From positions 64,001 through 128,000 of the forward strand of contig JBGAIQ010000012.1 of NCBI GenBank assembly GCA_044225365.1: 64,000 nucleotides of DNA, written 5' to 3'. Each line of letters opens with the position of its first letter. The first letter of the stretch is position 1. The notes beneath the pieces are model-generated. The model was not told the origin of the DNA. It made no database searches and saw only the letters and a list, made by a program, of their open reading frames with translations. Below are positions 18,359 to 26,758 of this stretch, piece by piece. Source of the stretch: Planctomycetota bacterium (lineage in GTDB: Bacteria; Planctomycetota; B15-G4; JADJEK01). The position numbers were made by a program, and so were the translations under genes.

Positions 18359-19174
18359 CTATTCCTTCACCTGTTTCGAAGTCTCTGCCAATCGCTTCCG
18401 AACGAACCAGACGAGCGCGTCCGCGATGGTCTCGTCGGCGTTCGCGTCGACTTGCGCCGACGCTGCGGACTGATCCCAGCCCATCACCACGCCGAGAGTT
18501 CGTCGCGGGTCGCTTCCCGTTGCTTCGGGGAATCGATCCGTACTGAGGCCGCGTCCCGTGGGCGCACGCAGTCCGCAAAGTGCGGCCTGCAGTTGCGACC
18601 AACGGGTCGTCGCCATCTTGTAGTTGCCGGCCTGCTCGAAGCGCCACGCATCGTTGTAGAGCGTGACCGCTTCTGGGGGCAGGCGATTCTCGTTGACCCA
18701 CTTCTCCATGCGATCCCCGATCCGCATGTAGGCCTGACGCCAGTGGACCGCGGTCATCGGCACCGGCTGAGCCTGCTTGTCGCCGGAGAGGAGCATCGCT
18801 CCGCCGATCCCGAGGATCAGCAAGATGACGATGAGCAGGAGGAGGAGTGAGGTGCGCGACAGTCCGCCCGGCCCGGCCGCGGCGTGGCTCTCGACGACGA
18901 GCTTCATCTTCGGCGAGATCTGGATCTCTTCGCCGCTCGCGACGCGAGTCTCTTCCGTGATGCGCTTGCCGCGGACCTTGGTTCCCGCTGCCGCGAGGTT
19001 GACGACGACGAGCCGCGTGCCGGTATCGCGCACGACGAGGTGTTCCCACGCGATCGATTCGTCGCGCAGTTGCACGCGCGCCGTGGGCGCTCGGCCGATC
19101 ACCACATCGCCGTTCTCGACGCGATGGCTGGTTCCGTCATCCGCTCCGCCAATGACTTTGAGGTAGAAGACCAT
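18359..19174 (-). CDS. FHA-domain bitopic membrane protein
   Basis: VVIGRAP...DESIAWEH FHA fold, TM LLLLLIVILLILGIGGAMLL, helical C-terminal domain. Start re-assigned to ATG 19174. Confidence 0.85.
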   Translation of the reverse strand: MVFYLKVIGGADDGTSHRVENGDVVIGRAPTARVQLRDESIAWEHLVVRDTGTRLVVVNLAAAGTKVRGKRITEETRVASGEEIQISPKMKLVVESHAAAGPGGLSRTSLLLLLIVILLILGIGGAMLLSGDKQAQPVPMTAVHWRQAYMRIGDRMEKWVNENRLPPEAVTLYNDAWRFEQAGNYKMATTRWSQLQAALCGLRAPTGRGLSTDRFPEATGSDPRRTLGVVMGWDQSAASAQVDANADETIADALVWFVRKRLAETSKQVKE

Positions 19175-19191
19175 GTCTCTTTCCGTCGGCC

Positions 19192-20130
19192 TCAGCCGAT
19201 GTTCAGACCTTCGTACCAGTACCGAACGATGAACGGCGCGAACAGGAGTTCGAGCGTCGCCGCGAAGACGAGCATGCCCGGCACGAGCACCATGACCTTT
19301 GCCTTGCCCGCGGTCTCCGTCGCTTCCTGGACTCGACGGACCCGCACCGCATCGGACAGTCGCTCGAGCGTCTCCGCGATCGGCCGTCCGAGTTCCTCGG
19401 ACTGGATCACGTCGTCGGTGAACTGCCGCACGACCGGCAACGGCGCGCGCTTCGCGAGATTCTCGTAGGCCTGCCGCAATGTCACGCCCATCTCGAGATC
19501 CGTGAGGATCGCCCGGAACTCGGTGCCCACCGCTTGGCCCTGGAAGTCGCTGCCGACCCGATCGATCGCGATCGGCATCGAGGCACCCGCGCGCATCGTG
19601 AGGGTCAAGAGGTCGAGAACGTAGGGCATCGTTCGGGATATCGACTTCGCGCGCTCGACGCCCGCAGTCGAAAGTTGCGCCGAAACGAGGCTCGGACCCG
19701 CGAGCAGGAAGACGAGGGCGAACGGCGCCGCGAGCGGCTTCAGCATCAAGAGGATCAGCAGGAACGGAACGGTCAGCACGAGGCCGACGAGGAACGAGAG
19801 CGCGAGCACCTCTTCGTCGTCGAGGCCACCCGGCCATCCCGCCTCGGCATAACGAGAACGCAGCGACTCGCGGAACGAGTCGACGGGGAGCCTTCGCGTA
19901 ATGACGGTGAAGGCCGGCAGGATCGCGAGGACCGACTTCGAAAGGCTCGACTGCGCCGTGAGGCTCTCGCGGCGCAGTCGGCGCTGCGCGTCGCCGATGA
20001 CGGCGGCGACCGGAACGGACGACAGCTTGAGGCGTCGGACGAGCAGATAGACGACGATCGCGACGGAGATCCCGAGGAGGATGGCGCAGAGGAACGGTAG
20101 CAGTGCGAACAGGCGGTCAGACGTCGGCAT
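19192..20130 (-). CDS. tadC: TadC (T2SSF family) inner-membrane platform protein
   Basis: MPYVLDLLTLTMRAG, EELGRPIAETL and AGKAKVMVLVP motifs, follows tadB. Confidence 0.88.
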   Translation of the reverse strand: MPTSDRLFALLPFLCAILLGISVAIVVYLLVRRLKLSSVPVAAVIGDAQRRLRRESLTAQSSLSKSVLAILPAFTVITRRLPVDSFRESLRSRYAEAGWPGGLDDEEVLALSFLVGLVLTVPFLLILLMLKPLAAPFALVFLLAGPSLVSAQLSTAGVERAKSISRTMPYVLDLLTLTMRAGASMPIAIDRVGSDFQGQAVGTEFRAILTDLEMGVTLRQAYENLAKRAPLPVVRQFTDDVIQSEELGRPIAETLERLSDAVRVRRVQEATETAGKAKVMVLVPGMLVFAATLELLFAPFIVRYWYEGLNIG

Positions 20131-20959
20131 TGACGATCCTCCAGGCCCAGAACGTACCGGCGGCGGTGAGCAGCACCGCGATGAGGAGCAGCGCCTGCCC
20201 GAAGGGCCGCGTGAACAGCCAGCCGACGGCCTGCATGTCGATCACCGTCGTGAAACCGAGCATGATGAACGGAGCGAACGCGAGCACCTTGATGTTCATG
20301 CGACCTTCCGAGGTCGCGACGAACACTTCCTTGCGCATGCGATCGACCGATTCGAGAGAGTGCGCGAGACGCTCGAGCGTCTTCACGACGTTGCCGCCCA
20401 TGCGCTGGTTGATGACGAGCGCGGACGCGAAGAGCGTGAAGTCCTGCAGCGCGAGCCGGCGCTTCGCTTCCTCGATCGTCGAGGCGAAGTCGGCGCCCAT
20501 GTTCCAGTAGTTCGCGATGATGCGAAACTCGGTGCGCAGCGGTTCTTCACCGCGCTCGGCGACGCGTTCGATCGCCTGCACCAGCGACATGCCGGACGCG
20601 ACGCCCGAGCTGAGCTGGAGCACGGCCTTCGGCAACTGATCGTTCAGGAGCTTGCGCCGCTTCTGCCACGCGCGGTCGAGCAGGATCTTCGGCATGATCA
20701 CGCCGACGAACCAGAACGCGAGCAGGATCATCGGCACGGGCAGGAACAGGACGATCACGATCGGTGTGACGAGGGTGAAGATCCAGAAGATCGTCACGCT
20801 CCTGCGACCGTCGTAGGGCTCAGGCGACAAGCGCCAGTGCATGTGCTCGAGATGGGCGACGTCGCGCCGGAACTTCGCGAGGATCTGCCAACGCATCGAG
20901 ATGATCAGCAGCGTGATCGACAGACCGATCATCGCCGCGATCGCGAGACTCATCATCAT
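20117..20959 (-). CDS. tadB: TadB (T2SSF family) inner-membrane platform protein
   Basis: QLPKAV.LSSGVASG.SL, EPLRTEF, QRMGGN and TSEGRM motifs. ATG 20959 overlaps the ATPase stop. Confidence 0.9.
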   Translation of the reverse strand: MMMSLAIAAMIGLSITLLIISMRWQILAKFRRDVAHLEHMHWRLSPEPYDGRRSVTIFWIFTLVTPIVIVLFLPVPMILLAFWFVGVIMPKILLDRAWQKRRKLLNDQLPKAVLQLSSGVASGMSLVQAIERVAERGEEPLRTEFRIIANYWNMGADFASTIEEAKRRLALQDFTLFASALVINQRMGGNVVKTLERLAHSLESVDRMRKEVFVATSEGRMNIKVLAFAPFIMLGFTTVIDMQAVGWLFTRPFGQALLLIAVLLTAAGTFWAWRIVNADV

Positions 20960-22845
20960 GCGCTCGCCCTCCCGAACCAACGATCGAGATCGATGAGCCG
21001 CCGCTCGACGAGGTCGGCCATGAACGACGGCATGTAACCCGTGAGTTCGAGTCGCGGATTCTTGTTGCCGCCGGTCTGGCGCATGATGTCGCGCACCTCG
21101 ACCTCGCCGGTGTGCGGATGGATCCCGATCACTTCGGTGATCTGCGTGATGAGGCGCTTGCCGCTCTTCAGGCGGCGGATGAACACGATCATCTCGACGG
21201 CTTGCGAAACCTGACGGCGGATCGCGGCGATCGGCATCTCGACGGCCATGAGGCACATCGTTTCGATACGGGCGATCGCGTCGTTCGCGGAGTTCGAGTG
21301 GATCGTGGTCATCGACCCGTCGTGGCCCGTGTTCATCGCCTGCAGCATGTCGAACGCTTCTTCACCACGACACTCACCGACGATCACGCGATCGGGGCGC
21401 ATGCGCAGGGCGTTCTTCACGAGGTCGCGGATCGTGTACGAGCCGGTGCCTTCGACGTTCGACGGCCGCGTCTCGAGCGACACGACGTGTTCCTGCTGCA
21501 GCTGGAGCTCGGCGGCGTCCTCGATCGTCACGATGCGCTCGTCCGACGGGATGAACGCGGAGAGCACGTTGAGGAGCGTCGTCTTGCCGGAGCCGGTGCC
21601 GCCCGCGACCACGATGTTCTTGCGCGAGACCACGGCCGCTTCGAGCAGCGCATAGGCCGAATCCGTCATCGTGCCCCATTCGACGAGATTGCGAGCGTTG
21701 GGCCGCCGCGTGGGGAAACGCCGGATCGTGAGGCAAGGCCCCTTGAGCGCGAGGGGCGGGATGACGGCGTTGACGCGCGAGCCGTCCTTGAGGCGGGCGT
21801 CGACGAGCGGCGTCGAACGATCGATGCGACGGCCGAGCGGCGCGACGATGCGTTCGATGACGGCGACCAGTGCTTCGTCGCCGAGGAAAGTGCGGTTCGA
21901 GCGCAGCACCTTGCCGGCGCGCTCGACGTACACCTGCGTCGGGCTCACGATCATGATTTCCGTGATCGACGGCGTATCGAGCAGGTCCTGCAGCGGACCG
22001 AGCCCGAACACCATGTCGCAGATGACCTTCTTCAGGAACCGCGCGACGAGATAGAACTGGACGTTCTCGGGCGTTTCGTCGATCACGCCCGTCACGTTCT
22101 CGCGCAGACCGGTGTTGATCTTCTCGAAGTCCTCGCCGAACGAGTCCTTCGTGCCGAGCAGCTTCATGCGCTTCATGAGGCGACGCGTGAACTCGTCCGC
22201 GGCTTCCTCGAGCGCGATGTTGACTCCGGGGACGTTGATGCGACCGACGTCGAGCGTCGACGCCGCAGCCTGCTTCGAGAGCGCCGTGAGCAGGCGGTTC
22301 TCGTACACCATCGTGAGCATGCGCTTGCGCGTGAGCGGCGAGCCGAACAGCCGCTGCTGATACTCGCCGTGCATCAACTCATCGATGAAGTTGTTGATCT
22401 GCTGGAGCGACTCCTCGCTCGCTTCGAGATTCTCCTTACCCGCCCGCCGCAGGTCGAGCTTGCGGAGGACTTCGGTGTGGAGTTCGCGCTGCAGCGCGTT
22501 CAGGTCCTCGATCGCCGCGTCCGCTTCGGACGTGTCGGGTTTGTCGTCCTCCTGGAGGAGGTTGATCACGAACTCGGCGAGACGAACCTGGCTGATCGGC
22601 TTCAGCAGCGCCGACTTGCCGGGCGCGAGCTTCACGCCGTCGACGACGGCGGTCGTCGCCGCCGGATGCACGAGCAGTTCCCAGCCCTGCTCGGTGCGAT
22701 CGACCTGGATGTGGACCCGCGAGACGAAGCGCGAGGTCGTGAGCGGGATCGCGCACTCCTCGCTGCGTCCGATCGTGAATCCGGCCACGCCTTCGTAGCC
22801 GACCCACTGCTTGTTCTTGAGCGTGTCCTGGATGACGACGCGCAT
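20956..22845 (-). CDS. cpaF: FHA-domain-fused CpaF/TadA pilus ATPase
   Basis: N-terminal FTIGRS...FVSRVH (FHA), then [65 protein letters not shown]. Confidence 0.93.
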   Translation of the reverse strand: MRVVIQDTLKNKQWVGYEGVAGFTIGRSEECAIPLTTSRFVSRVHIQVDRTEQGWELLVHPAATTAVVDGVKLAPGKSALLKPISQVRLAEFVINLLQEDDKPDTSEADAAIEDLNALQRELHTEVLRKLDLRRAGKENLEASEESLQQINNFIDELMHGEYQQRLFGSPLTRKRMLTMVYENRLLTALSKQAAASTLDVGRINVPGVNIALEEAADEFTRRLMKRMKLLGTKDSFGEDFEKINTGLRENVTGVIDETPENVQFYLVARFLKKVICDMVFGLGPLQDLLDTPSITEIMIVSPTQVYVERAGKVLRSNRTFLGDEALVAVIERIVAPLGRRIDRSTPLVDARLKDGSRVNAVIPPLALKGPCLTIRRFPTRRPNARNLVEWGTMTDSAYALLEAAVVSRKNIVVAGGTGSGKTTLLNVLSAFIPSDERIVTIEDAAELQLQQEHVVSLETRPSNVEGTGSYTIRDLVKNALRMRPDRVIVGECRGEEAFDMLQAMNTGHDGSMTTIHSNSANDAIARIETMCLMAVEMPIAAIRRQVSQAVEMIVFIRRLKSGKRLITQITEVIGIHPHTGEVEVRDIMRQTGGNKNPRLELTGYMPSFMADLVERRLIDLDRWFGRASA

Positions 22846-22851
22846 CTTGGC

Positions 22852-23694
22852 TCAGCCCCCCTGCGTGCCGCTCGCCGCGGGCGCGGGGGAGTTCGGCGCC
22901 GGAACGCGAGAGTTGGGCCGCAGGAGCAGGGTGATGTTGTTGGCGCTCGCCGACATCGCCTGGATCATCTCGACGGCCTGTTCGGGCGTGAGTTCGAGCG
23001 TGATCACGGAGCCATTCGATCCGCCGCCTTCACCGCCGGTGAACAGGAACTGCTGACGGCTGCCGCCGAGGCTCGAACCGATGCCGACGATGCGGATGTT
23101 CGAGAGGATCTCGGTCGACTTGAACTCGTCGGGGTAGGCCGTCTTGTCGGCGAGCTTCGAGAAGATCGCGCCGATCGCGGCCGAGGGGTTGTTCGGATCG
23201 ATCGTCGGATTGGCGCCGACGGCCTTGTTCTCGCGCGGCAGGTGATAGGTGGCGATCACGTCGACGCGATCGCCCGGCAACAGCAATCCACCCATGAGGT
23301 TCTCGTTGCTGACGCGCACGCCGAGAGCGCGCGTACCGGGCGCGAGGTTCGTGTCCTGGATCGGCTTCAGGTGGGCGTACTGGAGCGGCGTGCCCGCCGG
23401 GATCGGCATTCCGATCCGCTGGCCGCGCAGCGACTCCTTCTCGTCGGCCTTGTACAGCGTCTTCACGAACGGAGCGAGCGTGGAGCCCGCGGGGACCTGC
23501 ATCGCCTGGAGGTCGCGATCGGGATCGATCGTGTGGTTCGCCTCGAGGTCGTTCACGACGCGGAGGACGTTCTCCTTCGGTTCGGGAGGCAGGCCGGTGT
23601 TCGATGTCGCTCCCTGGATGTAGGTGAACGCGAGTCCGGTGGCGAAGACGCCGGCGACGACTGCGATCAGCAGGAGCAACTTGTTGTTTTCCAT
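22852..23694 (-). CDS. cpaB: Flp pilus assembly protein CpaB/RcpC
   Basis: N-terminal TM, SAF-like region, PGTRALGV..GGLLLPGDRVDVI, ILSNIRIVGIG and ITLELTPEQA motifs. Confidence 0.92.
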   Translation of the reverse strand: MENNKLLLLIAVVAGVFATGLAFTYIQGATSNTGLPPEPKENVLRVVNDLEANHTIDPDRDLQAMQVPAGSTLAPFVKTLYKADEKESLRGQRIGMPIPAGTPLQYAHLKPIQDTNLAPGTRALGVRVSNENLMGGLLLPGDRVDVIATYHLPRENKAVGANPTIDPNNPSAAIGAIFSKLADKTAYPDEFKSTEILSNIRIVGIGSSLGGSRQQFLFTGGEGGGSNGSVITLELTPEQAVEMIQAMSASANNITLLLRPNSRVPAPNSPAPAASGTQGG

Positions 23695-23943
23695 TTCGAC
23701 CCGATCTCCGTCTTGCGAACACTCTCTTGGGGCGGATGCGATTCCAAACGGATTCTGACGCGCGGCTCGACCATGCCGTCGTGTCGGCCGTGGACCCAGC
23801 GGTTCACGGACCGCCGAAGGCCCGCGCTCGAAACGAGAATCCGATGGGCCGCCCGCCGCGCCGAGTCATGCAGTGGGAGCGCGCGGGGGAACCCGCAACC
23901 GTTGAATCCGAAGTCGCGGCTCATTCTCTCGGGGGAAAGTCAT

Positions 23944-24759
23944 TTATTGCAGCGACTTCCCGAGAACTTCGCGCTTCATTTCGACCCCGACCGGGCAGTG
24001 GTCTGATCCTTGGATGTGGGGGTCGATCCAAGCGCGCTGGAGAAAGGGCGCGGCGCCGGGCGATGCGAGGACGTAGTCGATCCGCCATCCGATGTTCTTC
24101 TCGCGGACGCCGAAGCGTTGGCTCCACCAGGTGTAGTGCCCCGGTCCCGTCTCGTAGTGGCGAAAGGTGTCGATCCAACCGGCGTCGAGCCAGCGATCCA
24201 ATTCCTGGCACTCCTCGGGGCAGAAGCCGCTCGTCTTGCGATTCTCCTTCGGTCTTGCGAGGTCGATCTCGCGGTGCGCGGTGTTGAAGTCTCCCATGAC
24301 GATGAGCGGACGGCCGCGCCGGAAATCGGTCTCCAGGCGCTCGAAGACCCGGCGGTAGAAGGCGAGCTTGTACGGGATGCGGCTGTTGTCGCGATCCTTC
24401 CCCGAACCGTTCGGGAAGTAGGCGTTCACCACGCCAAAGTCTCCGAATTGGACGAGCTGGTAGCGGCCCTCGACATCGAAGTCGGGGTGGTCGAGCGAGG
24501 TCTCGATGGCGTCGGGCTTCAGTTTCGAGAAGAGCGCGACCCCGCTGTACCCCTTCCGCTGCGCACTCACGAAGTGGGAGTGGTATCCGGGCGGCTTCTT
24601 GTGGCGGTCGGGGAGGTCGTCCTCGGTCGTCCTCGACTCCTGGATCCCGAGGACGTGCGCGCGGGAGTCCCGCAGGTAGTCGAAGAAGCCCTTGCCGGCG
24701 CAGGAGCGCAGTCCGTTGACGTTCCAACTCACGATCTTGATGTGCTTCGACGGCGCCAT
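23944..24759 (-). CDS. xth: Exodeoxyribonuclease III
   Basis: SWNVNGLRS, QE, KGYSGVA, YFPNG, GDFNTAH, YTWWS, GWRIDY and GSDHCPV motifs. Start ATG 24759. Confidence 0.95.
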   Translation of the reverse strand: MAPSKHIKIVSWNVNGLRSCAGKGFFDYLRDSRAHVLGIQESRTTEDDLPDRHKKPPGYHSHFVSAQRKGYSGVALFSKLKPDAIETSLDHPDFDVEGRYQLVQFGDFGVVNAYFPNGSGKDRDNSRIPYKLAFYRRVFERLETDFRRGRPLIVMGDFNTAHREIDLARPKENRKTSGFCPEECQELDRWLDAGWIDTFRHYETGPGHYTWWSQRFGVREKNIGWRIDYVLASPGAAPFLQRAWIDPHIQGSDHCPVGVEMKREVLGKSLQ

Positions 24760-24977
24760 AAGGGAATCATAGGGTTGTCGCGGCGGACGGCGGCTTGCCC
24801 TTCTTCGGGTTTTCCTGAATGCACGCTGGTACGACCTGGGTTCGAATTGCTGCGCCGGCGGGGATGACGTCGACACCGCCGGGTACCCCAACCCGTGCGA
24901 ACTCGGCGGGCGACGCGTTTATCCAATTTCAATCGACTTGGTTCTGGCCGGGATTGCGGGCGCACAGCCGTGCGCCC

Positions 24978-26660
24978 CTACAGTTCGATCACAATATTGG
25001 AGCGGCCGGCCTCGACGCCCTTCACGACTTGGATATCGAACTTCCGGCCCGCGCGTTTGTCGTCTTCACTAGGATATGGATAAACGGTCAGCGTATAAGG
25101 TCCTGGTAATAAGGCCGACGCGACGAAGCGGCCCATGCCATCGCACTCGGCGTCGCCACTCGCGGATTGCCCACTCTCCGGGTCGACGCTCACGAAACAC
25201 TTGGGCGGCGTTCCGCCGTCCTTCGCCTTCACGACGCCGGAGATCGAGAGGCCTACGGGTACGACGAGTCTTGCTTCTTCTGTCCGCGATCCTTCGGAAA
25301 CGACCGCCTTCGACGCCGCGGTCTCGTGGGTTCCGGGGATCATCGCGTGGATGCCGTATTCCCCCGGCGCGATGTCATCGTACGTCGCGACACCGAGTGG
25401 ATCCGAGAACGCGCTCTCTTCCGCGACATACAAGTCGAGATAGGGATCCGTGACTTCCCGAGGAAGGAAACGGCTTCGATCGCGATTCGAGCCGGTCACG
25501 AAGACTTTGAGGTCGGGGCGAGGCGCGCCGTGCTCGTCGACCACGGCGACGCGAAGCGTCGATCCCGCACGCAGCGACAGGATCCCGAAGTCGACGGCCT
25601 GTTGCTGCGACGCATCGGCGGGGAAGTCGAAGCGCAGGGTCGCGAAACCCTTCGAGCGAAGGATCAGCACGTGCCGCGTGTCGGGACGAAGACCGGTCAA
25701 CTCGAAAGCGCCGTTCTCGTCGGTACGACTCTCCTTCGCATCGATCACGACCGTGGCGTTCGATTGCGCCGAGATGCCGATCGCCCGCACGCGGACATCC
25801 TTCGCGCCCCTTCCCAGGGCGTCGACCACGACGCCGCGAGCGATCTGTTCAGCGGGCAGTTCGAAGACGACGTCCGTTCTGAGGTCATGGGACGGGAACT
25901 CACGAATTGCCTGTTCGATCGTGGCATGACCCTTCGCGCTGGCCCGGAGCGAGTACGCATGGCGCAAGAAGGCGTCGACGACGAAGTGGCCGGCCGCATC
26001 GGTGCGTACGGTCGTCCTCCCCGGGATCCCAACCTCGGCATCGGGCAGCGGTGATTTCGAAACGGCGTCGATCACGAAGCCCGATACCGAATCCGCGGGC
26101 GTCGCCGCGATGGCCTCGACGACATGGCTTCCGTCCTGCAGATCGATCTCGATCGGCCTCTCGATGCTGTAGCGATCGTGTCGCAGCTCGAGTTCGACGT
26201 GGCCCGCGACGAGCGAGTCGAAGCGGAAGGAACCCGTCGAATCGGTCGTCGTGCGGGCCGGGCTTCCTTTCCATCGTGTCGATCGCGGGAGCTCATCGTC
26301 TCCTCTCGACACGATCAACGTCGCACCCTCGATCGGGAGGTCGGTCGCGGCATCGCGGACGCGACCTTCGATCGTCGCGGAGCCGGCGAGGCTCGAGGAC
26401 CCGGGGAATTCAGGAACGCTACTCGATGACGCCCTCGATGCTCCCGCATCCGACAGCGGCGAAGAGGACGCAGGATCGCGTTGCGGCGAAGTCTCGATCC
26501 TCGGAGCGAGCGGCCGATCGGGCACCGGCGAGTTCGGCGTGTTCGCACCTGAAATCGAAGTGACCGCGCGGGATGTCCACAGCGCGCGCCCAACGACGGC
26601 CGCGACGGCGGAGAGTCCAAGGAAGGCGAGCGTGAGAACGAGGCGGCGAGTCGAATTCAT
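24978..26660 (-). CDS. Membrane-anchored carboxypeptidase-regulatory-like (Cna-B/transthyretin-like) repeat protein
   Basis: N-terminal TM, Pro/Ser linker, then repeated G.V.D...P+.GA / TD..G.F beta-sandwich motifs. Confidence 0.75.
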   Translation of the reverse strand: MNSTRRLVLTLAFLGLSAVAAVVGRALWTSRAVTSISGANTPNSPVPDRPLAPRIETSPQRDPASSSPLSDAGASRASSSSVPEFPGSSSLAGSATIEGRVRDAATDLPIEGATLIVSRGDDELPRSTRWKGSPARTTTDSTGSFRFDSLVAGHVELELRHDRYSIERPIEIDLQDGSHVVEAIAATPADSVSGFVIDAVSKSPLPDAEVGIPGRTTVRTDAAGHFVVDAFLRHAYSLRASAKGHATIEQAIREFPSHDLRTDVVFELPAEQIARGVVVDALGRGAKDVRVRAIGISAQSNATVVIDAKESRTDENGAFELTGLRPDTRHVLILRSKGFATLRFDFPADASQQQAVDFGILSLRAGSTLRVAVVDEHGAPRPDLKVFVTGSNRDRSRFLPREVTDPYLDLYVAEESAFSDPLGVATYDDIAPGEYGIHAMIPGTHETAASKAVVSEGSRTEEARLVVPVGLSISGVVKAKDGGTPPKCFVSVDPESGQSASGDAECDGMGRFVASALLPGPYTLTVYPYPSEDDKRAGRKFDIQVVKGVEAGRSNIVIEL

Positions 26661-26758
26661 GGTCGAGACGGCCGATCGGGGCAACCGGTGCAATCGGGAG
26701 TTCCGCACTCACGAAGAGACTTCACGCGTCGCCGTTGTTAGCAGCTCGACCCCTTTTC

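Noticed and set aside
15386-19174. T6SS or T3SS assignment for the kinase/FHA pair
   Set aside because: No tss, sct or phosphatase genes are in the window, and the neighbours are unambiguously Tad components.
15401-24006. Long plus-strand ORFs 15401..18850 and 21112..24006
   Set aside because: These are antisense shadows of the kinase and cpaF/cpaB genes, typical of high-GC DNA, with no recognisable motifs.
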